NCBI GenBank assembly: GCA_002070415.1
Contig: MWDF01000004.1
Location: 19,677 to 83,676 of the forward strand
Reading direction: 5' to 3'
Source: Firmicutes bacterium ADurb.Bin153
GTDB taxonomy: Bacteria > Bacillota > DTU025 > MWDF01
DNA: 64,000 nt
The notes under the pieces were generated by a model, which saw nothing but the letters and a program-made list of their open reading frames with translations, was not told the origin of the DNA and did no database searches. Each line of letters opens with the position of its first letter. Position 1 is the first letter of the stretch. The translations under genes were made by a program, and so were the position numbers. Shown piece after piece: positions 28,800 through 38,971 of the stretch.

Positions 28800-29708
28800 C
28801 TAGTCTACGAAACCCCTGAGGCATCCGAGCCCATCTACTTCCATCTCGACGCAGTCGCCCCCCTTAAGCCACGGGATGCTCCCCGGCTCGTACTCGAGGA
28901 TGCAGCCTCCGCCTATCGTGCCGGAGCCTAGCAGCTCCCCCGGGTAGAGGGTAACGTCCTCGGAAGCGCGCTCTATCATCGAGGCGAAATCGTGGTGTAT
29001 CACTTTGAGGTTGTTCTCCCTCAGCTTCTTGCCGTTCAGCGTAAGCGCCGTCTTCCTGTCGTACCTTAGGCCCTCGCCCGCAAGATACGGGTCCCATTCG
29101 TCCTTCGTGACGAGCAAAGGCCCCATCGAGGTCGCGAAGTCCTTGCCCTTCGCCGGGCCGAGCATGACTTTCATCTCCTCGCCCTGCAGGTCCCTGGCGG
29201 ACCAGTCGTTTATTATCGTATAGCCGAAGATGTGCTCGAGAGCCTTCTCCCTTGGGATGTCGCGCCCGGCCTTCCCGACGACGAAGCCGACCTCGAACTC
29301 GAAGTCCAGCTTCTCGCACCTCTTTGGCGCCTTTATCCTAGAATCGGGGCCCACCATGACGTTGGCGTTTGAGAAATAGAAGACCGGGATCCGGTAGTAG
29401 ACCGGGTCGACCGTCTGGTTCTTGTTCCTCCTGCAGCTTTCGTGGTGCTCGGAGAAACCCATGAAGTCCCTGAAGCTCACAGGGTTGGGAAGAGGGGCGA
29501 GAAGCTTCACGTCCGAAAGGCCATAGAAACGCATGGCCTTCTTGGGCGCCCGTGCGGCGCGGGCGAGAAGCTGGTCCGACATGCGGACGAAATCCAGGGC
29601 GTTGTCAGGTATCGAGGCGTCTGCCTCGTTGAGGTCGACCAACCCCTCTTCGGTCAACAGCCCGAAACGGGGCTTTGCGCCGTCCTTTACGAAAGTGGCG
29701 AACTTCAT
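28800..29708 (-). CDS. Fumarylacetoacetate hydrolase (FAH)-family protein
   Basis: 302 aa. Features: KIRN... absent but PVFYFSN; DFEFEVGFVVGK; YTIINDWSARD; GELLGSGT. This is the FAH-fold metal and acid-binding pattern. Confidence 0.85.
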   Translation of the reverse strand: MKFATFVKDGAKPRFGLLTEEGLVDLNEADASIPDNALDFVRMSDQLLARAARAPKKAMRFYGLSDVKLLAPLPNPVSFRDFMGFSEHHESCRRNKNQTVDPVYYRIPVFYFSNANVMVGPDSRIKAPKRCEKLDFEFEVGFVVGKAGRDIPREKALEHIFGYTIINDWSARDLQGEEMKVMLGPAKGKDFATSMGPLLVTKDEWDPYLAGEGLRYDRKTALTLNGKKLRENNLKVIHHDFASMIERASEDVTLYPGELLGSGTIGGGCILEYEPGSIPWLKGGDCVEMEVDGLGCLRGFVD

Positions 29709-29814
29709 CTGGCTACCTCCCTCGCATAGGGCCGCGGCCGCTTACGAGGCGGGGGAGGCAGTGTCCGCCCCCGCCCCGCCGGGCCGATGGTACCTAATCC
29801 TCGGTTACCGCTTC

Positions 29815-30765
29815 CTATTTCACCCTGCCGACTTCCTTGTAGTACTTCAGCGCGCCGGGATGTATCGGTATCTTGGCGCCGTCCACCGAGCGCTCGAGCG
29901 TGATGTCGGCGGCGTTGGGATGTATCGCCTTGAGCGCGGGGTTATTCTCCATGACCACCTTGACCAGGCGGTATACGATTTCGTCCGGCACGTCGGCGTT
30001 GCAGCAGAGCACTGTCCACTGTGCGAACGTGGTCACGACGTAGTCCACGCCGGGGTAGGTGTTGGCAGGGATCTTGACCATGTGCTTGTAGGGGTACTTC
30101 TCGAGGATCTTCGCTACCGCCGCCTCGCCTATGTCGAGGAGCCTGAAGCCCTTGGTGACGGCCAGGTCGGTGAAGTTGGTGGCCGGAGCCGGCGTGCCGT
30201 ACGCTATGGCGTCGAGCGTGCCGTCGGAAAGGCCGTTGCAGAGGTCTGCGAGGCTGAGCTTGACTATCTTCATGTCGGCATCGGTGAGCCCGTAGGGGGC
30301 TATGCCCTGGAGGAAGTAGTCGGTCATGACGCCGGTGCCTACGCCGACTTTCTTGCCCTTGAGGTCGGCCACCGTCTTGATGCCGGAGTTCTTGGGCACC
30401 GCGATATGAAGAGCGGCACCCATGCCGCCGTGGCAGAACACGAAGTTGATCTTCTTGGCGGGCATGCCCGTAAAGTCGCCCGTCGCGTTGTATGCCGCTA
30501 TGGTAACGTCGTTGCCGGCCGGGCCGAAGTCCGCGTTGCCGAGGACCAAAGCCCTGGCGTTTTCGGTGCTCCCGGTGGAGTTTTCGACCGCGAAGCTGTA
30601 TGCGCCGGGATATGCCTTGTTCATCAGGTCCGCTACGCCGTTGTAGAGGGTCTGGTTGTATGCGCCCAGAGGACCCGTGGTGAACCTGATGACGGTCTTG
30701 GTATAGCCTACTGTGGACATGACGCCGATTATAAGCAGTACGCTCAGGACCTTGAACAGCTTCAT
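29815..30765 (-). CDS. TRAP transporter solute receptor, TAXI family
   Basis: Signal sequence plus TGSTENARAL, and C-terminal PIHPGALKYYKE, the TAXI hallmark. Confidence 0.88.
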   Translation of the reverse strand: MKLFKVLSVLLIIGVMSTVGYTKTVIRFTTGPLGAYNQTLYNGVADLMNKAYPGAYSFAVENSTGSTENARALVLGNADFGPAGNDVTIAAYNATGDFTGMPAKKINFVFCHGGMGAALHIAVPKNSGIKTVADLKGKKVGVGTGVMTDYFLQGIAPYGLTDADMKIVKLSLADLCNGLSDGTLDAIAYGTPAPATNFTDLAVTKGFRLLDIGEAAVAKILEKYPYKHMVKIPANTYPGVDYVVTTFAQWTVLCCNADVPDEIVYRLVKVVMENNPALKAIHPNAADITLERSVDGAKIPIHPGALKYYKEVGRVK

Positions 30766-30775
30766 TTACAACACC

Positions 30776-32683
30776 TCACTCAATATTTGGCTTGGCTGCT
30801 ACTTTATGCTGCTGTAATGCTGGGCCGGATTTGTACGAGCGGTAGGCGAATATCGAGACCATGATTACTATCCCGGCTATGTCCGAGTAGATCTCGGGTA
30901 TTATGCATCCTATGGCGCCGGCGAAGAGGAGTATGCGCTCAAGCGCGCTGACCCTCCAGCGCACGAAGTAGCCTTCCCATCCGGAGGCGAGCATGTAGAC
31001 GCCGAGAAGTGCCGTGAACACGGAGCCGAGTATCGCATACCAGGGGCCCCTGAACAGGAGGACCTGGTTGTAGGCGAACATGTAGGGCAGGAGGAAGGCG
31101 CTGAACGCTATCCTGCACGCGACGTAGCCCGTCTTGGTCGCGTTGCAGCCCGCAAGCCCCGCAGCGGCGTACGAGGCGAGGGCGACGGGCGGTGTTATCG
31201 AGGATATGCAGCCGAAGTAGAAGATGAACAGGTGGGCGGCGGTGCGGTCGATGCCCATCTTGATGAGCGCGGGGGCCACGAGAACGGCGAGTACCAGGTA
31301 GGCCGCCGTGGTCGGCACGCCCATGCCCATTATCAGCGAGACTATCATCGTGAGCACCAGGAGTATTATCGTATGCCCGTTCGACACTTCTATGAGAAGC
31401 GACGAGAGCCTATAGCCGAGGCCGGTGCCCATGATGACGCCGCTTATGATGCCGGCGATGGCGCAGGCGATGGTGACGGAGGACATGGACCTTGCGGCGC
31501 TGACAGGTATCTTCACAAGCCTGTCGAGGTTTATCCTCGTCCTCTTGTTGACCATGCTTATCGCGAGCGACAGCAGGCACGAGTAGAGGCCGGCCCTGGA
31601 GATGGTAAGCTTCAGGACGCCTAGGGCTATGACCAGGAAGACGATGGGGGCCATGAAGTATATCTGCTTGAGAAGGCTCTTGAAGGAGGGAAGGTGTGAG
31701 ATGTCGGCCCCCTTGAGGTCGTACTTCCTGGCGTAGATGTCGACTGCGAACATCAGCGACATGTAGTAGAGCACGGCGGGTATGAGCGCGGCCTTGGCAA
31801 TCTGGAAGTAGGGGACCCCAAGGAACTCCGCTATGATGAACGCGGTCGAGCCCATGATGGGCGGCATCAGCGCGCCTCCCGTTGAGGCCGAAGCTTCAAC
31901 CGCCGCCGCGAACTCGGGTTCGTAGCCGGTCTTCTTCATCATCGGGATCGTGAACGTGCCCGTGCCGATGACGTTGGCCGTGGGACTGCCGCTGATCGAG
32001 CCGAACAGGCCGCTGGCTACGACCGCCACCTTCGCCGGGCCGCCGCGCATCTTGCCGAAGATGCTGGTCGCTATCTCAGTGAAGTAGTCGCCCACGCCCG
32101 TGACTTCCAGGATCGCCCCCAGCAGGACGAACAGGTAGACGTACGTTGTGCAGGCATAGAGCGGGGTGCCGAAGATGCCGTCGGTCGTAAGGTAGAGGAG
32201 GCTGATGAACTTCCTGAAGGTTATCCCGGGATGGTTGAGGAAGCCCGGGAAGTACTGCCCGAAGAAACCGTAGATGATGAAGGCCGACGTAACAATGACC
32301 AGGGCGCTTCCCATCTTCCTCCAGGTTGCGGCTATTATGGCTACGACGAGCATCGCCCCGAACACCTTGTCCGAGGTGTACACAAGGCCGATCCGGTGCT
32401 GCAGGCCGCTGTCTATCGCCGTGACGTACACGATGCCAGCCATCGAAAGGCCCAGCATAAGCCACATGAGCATCTTCTCGGCGGTCGTCTTCGAGCTGAG
32501 TATCGCCTGCAGGAAGAATATCGCCATGACGAAGCCGAGGTGGACGGATTTCTGGCCGATGCCCTGGATCACGCCGAACGAGGCTGTGTAGAGATGGAAC
32601 AACGCAAGGCAGACCGAAAGCGCTATGATGGCGATCTTAATCGGGTTAGCTTTGACATTCTCTGTCATTACCGGATCCCCCAA
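30776..32683 (-). CDS. TRAP transporter fused permease (4TM/12TM, TAXI-associated)
   Basis: 635 aa and highly hydrophobic. GGPAKVAVVASGLFGSISGS is typical of the DctM-like module. It is adjacent to the TAXI receptor. Confidence 0.88.
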   Translation of the reverse strand: MGDPVMTENVKANPIKIAIIALSVCLALFHLYTASFGVIQGIGQKSVHLGFVMAIFFLQAILSSKTTAEKMLMWLMLGLSMAGIVYVTAIDSGLQHRIGLVYTSDKVFGAMLVVAIIAATWRKMGSALVIVTSAFIIYGFFGQYFPGFLNHPGITFRKFISLLYLTTDGIFGTPLYACTTYVYLFVLLGAILEVTGVGDYFTEIATSIFGKMRGGPAKVAVVASGLFGSISGSPTANVIGTGTFTIPMMKKTGYEPEFAAAVEASASTGGALMPPIMGSTAFIIAEFLGVPYFQIAKAALIPAVLYYMSLMFAVDIYARKYDLKGADISHLPSFKSLLKQIYFMAPIVFLVIALGVLKLTISRAGLYSCLLSLAISMVNKRTRINLDRLVKIPVSAARSMSSVTIACAIAGIISGVIMGTGLGYRLSSLLIEVSNGHTIILLVLTMIVSLIMGMGVPTTAAYLVLAVLVAPALIKMGIDRTAAHLFIFYFGCISSITPPVALASYAAAGLAGCNATKTGYVACRIAFSAFLLPYMFAYNQVLLFRGPWYAILGSVFTALLGVYMLASGWEGYFVRWRVSALERILLFAGAIGCIIPEIYSDIAGIVIMVSIFAYRSYKSGPALQQHKVAAKPNIE

Positions 32684-32693
32684 TCGTCTTGTG

Positions 32694-33536
32694 TTAATCC
32701 TCGAATATGCAGAAGATGCCCAGTTCCTTCCTTGTATCCACGTACAGCTTGCCGTCCTTGGCGAACGAGTTGAGGCCTGCGTCTTCGGCCGCCTCGGCGA
32801 CGTATTCGAGGTCGCACCCTCCGAAGGTGGCGGCGACCGCCGGGAAATGCTGGGTATCCCTGGGCTCCGCCCCGAATTCGGCCCTGTAGGCCTCGGCGTC
32901 CACCAGCTTGACCTCGCTGATGTTCCTGCCGTGGTCCTCCACGTTCTTCATCGCGGCGTCGAGTCTTTCGATACAGTCTACAGCAACCTTGAAAACTTCG
33001 TCACTCTCACAGTAGAAAGTAATGCTCTTGACTTTCTTCGCCTGGTTCGTATGTATGTACTTGCTGTCCAAGTTGACGATCAGATGCTTGCTCAGCTGGG
33101 TGGTGACGCCGAAGAGTATGTCCGTGAAGGGCTCGAGCCCGCGTATGAAGATTGTCTGGTAGGACGCGGTCCCGCATACCTTCCCGTATTTGACCCTCTG
33201 GCTCGTGGGCCTGTTGACCTGCCCCACCCCGGGTATGCCGGCTTCAGTAAGGGCCGCCCTCGCCTTTTCGGCATCCAGCCCGGCGTTGCTAAGGCGCATG
33301 GAGTGCACCCTTGGCAGCACGCCCGCGGGGATGGAGTTGTCCAGCCATACTATGGGCTTGCCCTCCTCCCTGAAATTCACCTCGACGAGTGTGTTCTCGA
33401 GCACGAAGTGCGTGGAGCGGTCCTTCGACGTGTCCCCGGTCACGAATCCCAGGTCCTTCAGGACTTGCGAAGCTTCCATGCGCCTGGGTGTGCCGATGCT
33501 GAAATGGTCCAGGCAGAACTTGAGCGTCTTTTCCAT
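32694..33536 (-). CDS. Hypothetical protein, possibly glyoxalase-like/VOC-fold
   Basis: 280 aa. N-terminal LDHFSIGT...LGF and internal HTNQAKKVKSITFYCES resemble glyoxalase-like-domain proteins. The match is weak and by eye only. Confidence 0.35.
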   Translation of the reverse strand: MEKTLKFCLDHFSIGTPRRMEASQVLKDLGFVTGDTSKDRSTHFVLENTLVEVNFREEGKPIVWLDNSIPAGVLPRVHSMRLSNAGLDAEKARAALTEAGIPGVGQVNRPTSQRVKYGKVCGTASYQTIFIRGLEPFTDILFGVTTQLSKHLIVNLDSKYIHTNQAKKVKSITFYCESDEVFKVAVDCIERLDAAMKNVEDHGRNISEVKLVDAEAYRAEFGAEPRDTQHFPAVAATFGGCDLEYVAEAAEDAGLNSFAKDGKLYVDTRKELGIFCIFED

Positions 33537-33578
33537 CTCGGTCCTCCTTAGAATCCTCAGTATCTTCGATAAGGCTGA

Positions 33579-34772
33579 TCAGGCAAGGCCCTTGGCCTTG
33601 GCCGCGGCATAGAGCCTGTCCAAAGCGTCGGACAGCAGCTTCCTGGGGCATGCGAGGTTGATCCGCTGGAAACATTCGCCCTTTACTCCGAACGCCGTGT
33701 CGGGGTCGAGGTACAGCATGGCATCGTCCGTGAGGAACGTATCGAGCTCCTTGGGCCCTAGGCCAAGCGGGCCCATGTCGAACCAGGCAAGGTAGGTGCC
33801 CTCCATGTCATACACCTTCACCTTGGGGAACTTCTCCGCCATGAAGGTCTTGAAGAACTCGTAGTTGCCCTTCACGTACTCGATGAGCTCGTCCAGCCAG
33901 GCGTCGCCTTTCTTGTAGGCGGCCTCGGCGGCGACTACGCCCAGCCTGTTGATGTGCAGGAAGCCCAGCACGTTCATCTGCTTGGTGAACCTGTTCCTGA
34001 GTTCGGGGTCGGGGATTATTATGCTGGCAAAGCAGAGGCCGGCAAGGTTGAAGGTCTTGGAGAGCGAGGTCGTGACTATGCAGTTCTTGGCGTACTTCTC
34101 GCCCAGCGAGGCGAAGACTTTATGCACGAAGGGCTTCTGGATGAGGTCGTGGTGTATCTCGTCGGCTATCACAAGCACGCCGTTTTCGATGCAGATGTCG
34201 CCCAGCTCCTTGAGCTCCTCTTCGGTCCAGACCCTTCCGACGGGGTTGTAGGGGCTGCAGAGCATGAGCATCTTGGCGGACTTGGCCTTCTCCCTCAGGT
34301 CGTCGAAGTCGAAGTAGTACTTGCCGTCGACCAGCTTGAGGGGGTTTTCTACGACGGTCCTGCCACAATGCTGCGTCACGTGGAAGAAGTGGTGGTATGC
34401 CGGCTTCTGCACTATTATGCCGTCGCCGGGCTCGGTGAACGCGTAGACCGCGTTGTACAGCGCGGGCACCACCTGTTCGAAGGGGATGATCCACTCGGGG
34501 CTTATCTGCCAGTCGTGCCTACGCTTCATCCAGTCGCAGCAGGCCTGCCTGAAACCGTCGGTCAGCCTGTGGTAGCCGAACACGCCGAAATCGGCCTCGG
34601 CCTTTATGGCCTCTATTATCTCCGGCGCGGTCTTGAACTCCATGTCGGCGACGGAGAACGGGACTATTCCCTTGGGGGGCTTGTTGCCTTTGGAATCCTT
34701 CATGATCCTGTACTTGCCGGTGCCTCTTATTGCGGGGTCCCTGTCCACCAAGGTATCGAAATCGTATGCCAT
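33579..34772 (-). CDS. PLP-dependent class I/II aminotransferase, MalY/PatB (C-S lyase)-like
   Basis: From MAYDFDTLVDR (typical PatB/MalY start), then CSPYNPVGRVW, ADEIHHDL and SLSKTFNLAG (PLP-Lys). The start was trimmed from 34862. Confidence 0.85.
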   Translation of the reverse strand: MAYDFDTLVDRDPAIRGTGKYRIMKDSKGNKPPKGIVPFSVADMEFKTAPEIIEAIKAEADFGVFGYHRLTDGFRQACCDWMKRRHDWQISPEWIIPFEQVVPALYNAVYAFTEPGDGIIVQKPAYHHFFHVTQHCGRTVVENPLKLVDGKYYFDFDDLREKAKSAKMLMLCSPYNPVGRVWTEEELKELGDICIENGVLVIADEIHHDLIQKPFVHKVFASLGEKYAKNCIVTTSLSKTFNLAGLCFASIIIPDPELRNRFTKQMNVLGFLHINRLGVVAAEAAYKKGDAWLDELIEYVKGNYEFFKTFMAEKFPKVKVYDMEGTYLAWFDMGPLGLGPKELDTFLTDDAMLYLDPDTAFGVKGECFQRINLACPRKLLSDALDRLYAAAKAKGLA

Positions 34773-34947
34773 CTGCTGATCGCAACCCCCTGTCGAAGGA
34801 TAATCTAGGATTGGAATATGTTTGGGACAAGTATAATGGCGGGTTATCACAATATCTAACACTATTTGTCTGGGGTGAGCTACAATATCGGTGTTGTAGG
34901 CAGTCGAAGGCGATCCGAGGAGCCTTTACGGGACTGGAGGGGGATTC

Positions 34948-35910
34948 ATGAATTTCACGAACCTGAGATATTTCCTGGAGGTGGCCAAGGACATGAGCTT
35001 CACATCCGCGGCCAGGACGCTTTGCGTATCCCAGCAGAGCCTGAGCGGCCACATCTCCAGGCTGGAGGAGGAGTTCGGGGTGAAGCTCTTCGAGAGGTCC
35101 CCGAAGCTGAAGCTGACCTACGCGGGCGTAAACGCCATGAGGATGGCGAAGGAGATCGTGGACCTGGAGAGCCAGTTCGTGACCCAGCTGTCCGACATCT
35201 CTGGGCAGAGGAAAGGATGCCTCAGGATAGGCATCTCTCACATGAGGAGCCTGGTCTTCCTCCCCGAAGTGCTGCCGGAGTACAACAGGCTGTATCCTGA
35301 AGTCGAGGTGAAGCTGTACATAGACGTCACGAAAAGGCTTTCGGAGAAGCTGCTGGACGGGGACCTGGACATAGTGATAGGCTTCAACCCCTTCTACAAG
35401 GAGATCGTGGAGAAGGTCGAGTTCAGGGAGATCCTCAAGGAGAACCTCTGCTTGGTGGTGCCCAACAGGATCATGGCCGAGAAATACGGTGAGGATTCCG
35501 CGAAGAGGGCGGAGCAGTTCGGCAGGGGCGTCGACCTCAAGGAGTTCGCCGACGAGCCGTTCCTGCTGGTGGAAAAAGGCAACAGGATAAGGGACCTGTC
35601 CGACCGCCTGTTCAAGAAGCACGGCATAGACCCAAGGATAATCCTCGAATGCTCGGATCTGGAGACGCTATTGCTATTGTGCATCAAGGGCATGGGGGTC
35701 GCCTTCGGCTTCGAATCGGTTGCCCGGATGTACGGCGCCGGTTTCGTCATATCCATGGACAGCAGCGCCGTCATATTCCCCCTCAAGGACGAGGAGGTGC
35801 AGGGGAAGATCGTAATCGTCCACAACAAGGACCGTTACCTGAGCCTTGCGGCAAGGAACTTCATCGACCTTGCCGAAAGCAGGTACATGACGGAAGGACA
35901 GGCACGGTAG
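34948..35910 (+). CDS. LysR-family transcriptional regulator, divergent from the catabolic operon
   Basis: The N-terminal HTH is MNFTNLRYFLEVAKDMSFTSAARTLCVSQQSLSGHISRLEEEFGVKLFER. Confidence 0.92.
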   Translation: MNFTNLRYFLEVAKDMSFTSAARTLCVSQQSLSGHISRLEEEFGVKLFERSPKLKLTYAGVNAMRMAKEIVDLESQFVTQLSDISGQRKGCLRIGISHMRSLVFLPEVLPEYNRLYPEVEVKLYIDVTKRLSEKLLDGDLDIVIGFNPFYKEIVEKVEFREILKENLCLVVPNRIMAEKYGEDSAKRAEQFGRGVDLKEFADEPFLLVEKGNRIRDLSDRLFKKHGIDPRIILECSDLETLLLLCIKGMGVAFGFESVARMYGAGFVISMDSSAVIFPLKDEEVQGKIVIVHNKDRYLSLAARNFIDLAESRYMTEGQAR

Positions 35911-35957
35911 GCGCAAGGTGCGCGCACTTGTAGCCGGTCAAATCCCTGCGATGAAAA

Positions 35958-35984
35958 GGGGAAGGAACCTTAGCGTCCTTCCCC
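35958..35984. terminator. Bidirectional hairpin between the convergent LysR gene and purD
   Basis: GGGGAAGGA-accttagcg-TCCTTCCCC, a perfect 9-bp stem. Confidence 0.55.
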
Positions 35985-36031
35985 TCGCCATATTATCCTT
36001 CAAGATTAGATCGCCCGGCACCGGGCCTTCC

Positions 36032-37303
36032 TTATCTGCCCTTCCTTCCGGTCCCGATGTCGCTTCTCGTGAAGAGGTTGGCGCACTGCACCTTGTCGAC
36101 CGCGCCGTATGCCTTGTCCGTGGCCTCATCGACGTCCTTTCCCAGCGCGCTCACGGCCAGCACCCTGCCGCCGTCGGTCGTCGTCCTGCACGAGCAGTCC
36201 TGCTTGGTGCCGGCGTGGAATATGACGACGCCCTCATCGAGCTCGCCGTCCTTGGGCAGGTCGATTCTGAAGCCCTTGTCGTACATGTCCGGATAGCCCT
36301 TGCTCGCCATCACCACGCAGACCGAGGCCCCTTCCTTGAAGCGGATGCTCGACCTTTCCATGCGGCCTTCGCAGGCTTCCAGCATTATCTCCGCGAGGTC
36401 GTCCTCCATCAGGGGAAGCACTACCTGGGTCTCGGGGTCGCCGAACCTGCAGTTGTACTCCAGCACCTTGGGACCCCCGTCAGTGAGCATGAGCCCGGCG
36501 TAGAGGACGCCCCTGTAGTGGAGGCCCTTCTCCGCCAGCTTCTTGAGGATAGGCACGACGGTCAGCTCGGTGAGCTCCTCGGCCTGCTCCATGCTGACGA
36601 ACGGCGACGGCGCCACCGAGCCCATGCCCCCCGTGTTGGGGCCCTTGTCCCCGTCGAGCGCCCTTTTGTAGTCCTTCGCCGGCATCAGAGGCAGCGCCCT
36701 TATTCCGTCGCATATGCAAAGCAGGGAGGTCTCGACGCCCTCGAGCCTCTCCTCCAGGATGATCCTTCCTCCGGGCTGCAGTTTCTCCAGCCTCGAAAGG
36801 GCCAGGGCGGCTTCCTCGGGCGTTTCGGTCACCACCACGCCCTTGCCGGCGGCCAGCCCGTCGAGCTTCACGACCATCGGGCCCTCGGCCTTTTTGAGCG
36901 CTTCCATGGCCTGTTTCGCATCTTCGAATATGGCGGCTCTGCCCGTCGGCACGCCGGATTCCACCATCATCTGCTTCGAGAACGCCTTGGACGATTCGAG
37001 CCTTGCACACTCCTTGCAGGGGCCGAACACCTTCCTGCCGTCCTGCGCCAGCCTGTCGGTGATGCCGAGCGCAAGGGGCACCTCTGGGCCCACCACGACC
37101 AAGTCTGCGTCCACTTGTCCCGCAAGGCGGGCCAGCCCTTCGATGTCGTCCGCCCTAACGTCGAAGCATTCCGCGAGCTTTCCCATCCCGGGGTTTCCCG
37201 GGGCCGCGTATACCTTGCCGACGAGACCGCTCTGGGCTATCTTCCAGACAAGGGCATGCTCCCTTCCGCCGGAGCCTATTATCAGAACCTTCAAACCTTC
37301 CAT
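36032..37303 (-). CDS. purD: Phosphoribosylamine-glycine ligase
   Basis: MEGLKVLIIGSGGREHALVWK..., an ATP-grasp body, and GGRVLAV near the C-terminus. Confidence 0.95.
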   Translation of the reverse strand: MEGLKVLIIGSGGREHALVWKIAQSGLVGKVYAAPGNPGMGKLAECFDVRADDIEGLARLAGQVDADLVVVGPEVPLALGITDRLAQDGRKVFGPCKECARLESSKAFSKQMMVESGVPTGRAAIFEDAKQAMEALKKAEGPMVVKLDGLAAGKGVVVTETPEEAALALSRLEKLQPGGRIILEERLEGVETSLLCICDGIRALPLMPAKDYKRALDGDKGPNTGGMGSVAPSPFVSMEQAEELTELTVVPILKKLAEKGLHYRGVLYAGLMLTDGGPKVLEYNCRFGDPETQVVLPLMEDDLAEIMLEACEGRMERSSIRFKEGASVCVVMASKGYPDMYDKGFRIDLPKDGELDEGVVIFHAGTKQDCSCRTTTDGGRVLAVSALGKDVDEATDKAYGAVDKVQCANLFTRSDIGTGRKGR

Positions 37304-37402
37304 TCGCCTTAACCTCCCGGATGCGTCAATCGCCGAGCCTTGTCCTTCGGGTAGCCGGTAAGAGTCCTTTAGTAGCAGGTAAATGCGGGGCGCGGCCCGT
37401 CC

Positions 37403-38953
37403 TCAGTGCTTGAAATGCCTGACTCCTGTGAACACCATCGCGATGCCGTGCTTGTCGCACTCCTCGATGCTCTCCTTGTCCCTGATGCTCCCGCCGGGCT
37501 GGATGATCGCCTTCACGCCCGCTTTTGCCGCCTCTTCCACCGTATCCTTGAACGGGAAGAACGCGTCGGACGCCATTACCGAACCCTCCGCCTTCTCGCC
37601 CGCCATCCCTATCGCGATCCTGGCGGCGCCGACCCTGTTGGTCTGCCCTCCGCCCACGCCGACGGTCGACGAGCCCTTCCATAGGAGTATGGCGTTGGAC
37701 TTAACGTGCTTGACCACCTTCCAGGCGCAAAGGAGCTGCTTCGTCTCCTCTTCGGTGGGGCATACTCTAGTAACGCATTTCAAGTCCCCGGGGTTCACCT
37801 GCCTGGTGTCCGTTTCCTGCATGAGGAAGCCTCCGGGCAGCGATTTCATCTCCACTTCCTTGGGCCTCATCATCTCTTCCAAGGGAAGTTCCACGAACCT
37901 TACGGCCGGTTTCTTGGAGAACAGGTTGACGGCCTCCCCCGAGAAGCTAGGAGCCACGACGACTTCGAGGAATATCTCGGCCATCTTCGCGACTGCCTTC
38001 TCGTCCAGCTGCCTGTTGGAGGCCACTATCCCGCCGAAGGCGGAGACCGGATCGGCCTCGAAGGCCAGCCTGTAGGCCTCGCCTATGTCGTCGGCGACGC
38101 CCACGCCGCAGGGCGTCGCATGCTTCACTATGCAGACGCAGGGCCTGTCGGGGCCGAACTCCCTGACGACGGCTATGGCCGTTTCCATGTCGCCCAGGTT
38201 ATTGTACGACAGCTCCTTGCCGGAGAGCTTCTTCATGGCGAGCATGCCCTTGGGGGAAAGCCCGCTGCTCTTGAGCAGGACCGCCTTCTGGTGCGGGTTC
38301 TCCCCGTACCTTAGCGTAAGCTCCGGCGTGCCGCCTATCGCGATGGGTCCTGCCGCCATGTCCATCATGTGCCTGCCGGCCCGCTCGTTCATCTGCTGCG
38401 ATATCGCGGCGTCGTAAGCGGCCGTATGCGAGAACGCCTTGGCCGAGAGCTCAAGCCTGGTAAGCTTGCTGACCTTGCCGTTCAGCCTGAGCTCCTTCAG
38501 GACCCTGGCGTAGTCGGAAGGGTCTGTGACGACGGTCACGCGCTCGAAGTTCTTGGCAGCGGACCTTAGCATGGAGGGCCCTCCGATGTCGATGTTCTCG
38601 ACTATCGTCTCGAAGTCGGCCCCCTTGTCCACGGTGGCCTGGAACGGGTAGAGGTTGACGCACACTACGTCGATCAGCTTGCAGCCGAGCTTTGCGACCT
38701 GCCTTAGGTGCTCGTCAGTGGGCCTGGCGAGGATCCCGGCGTGAACCATGGGATGGAGGGTCTTGACCCTTCCGTCCAGGCACTCCGGGAAGTTGGTGAG
38801 CTGCGATATATCGGTGACGGCAAGGCCCGCCTTCCTCAGGGCCGCCGCCGTCCCTCCTGTCGAGACGACCTCGAAGCCCAGCGCCACGAGCTCTTTTGCG
38901 AAATCTACCGCGCCTGTCTTGTCAGAAAGGCTTATCAGTGCCAGCTTTGCCAT
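37403..38953 (-). CDS. purH: Bifunctional AICAR transformylase / IMP cyclohydrolase
   Basis: ALISLSDKTG..., STGGTA, KTLHPMVHAGIL, and C-terminal QPGGSIRD...VFTGVRHFKH. Confidence 0.95.
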   Translation of the reverse strand: MAKLALISLSDKTGAVDFAKELVALGFEVVSTGGTAAALRKAGLAVTDISQLTNFPECLDGRVKTLHPMVHAGILARPTDEHLRQVAKLGCKLIDVVCVNLYPFQATVDKGADFETIVENIDIGGPSMLRSAAKNFERVTVVTDPSDYARVLKELRLNGKVSKLTRLELSAKAFSHTAAYDAAISQQMNERAGRHMMDMAAGPIAIGGTPELTLRYGENPHQKAVLLKSSGLSPKGMLAMKKLSGKELSYNNLGDMETAIAVVREFGPDRPCVCIVKHATPCGVGVADDIGEAYRLAFEADPVSAFGGIVASNRQLDEKAVAKMAEIFLEVVVAPSFSGEAVNLFSKKPAVRFVELPLEEMMRPKEVEMKSLPGGFLMQETDTRQVNPGDLKCVTRVCPTEEETKQLLCAWKVVKHVKSNAILLWKGSSTVGVGGGQTNRVGAARIAIGMAGEKAEGSVMASDAFFPFKDTVEEAAKAGVKAIIQPGGSIRDKESIEECDKHGIAMVFTGVRHFKH

Positions 38954-38971
38954 GCAAAACCCTCCTAGATG

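Noticed and set aside
35918-37312. Very long antisense ORFs. Examples: 35918-37312 (+, 464 aa), 40595-42241 (+, 548 aa), 29533-30864 (+, 443 aa), 34519-35622 (-, 367 aa), 18860-19855 (-, 331 aa), 56916-57998 (+, 360 aa), 15529-16407 (+), 6546-7526 (-).
   Set aside because: Each lies opposite a gene with unmistakable family motifs (purD, purF::purM, TAXI, LysR, UxaE-like, DUF2232, ABC ATPase, MFS). Their products are Arg/Gly/His/Pro/Ala-rich with no recognisable motif. These are typical shadow ORFs of a high-GC genome.
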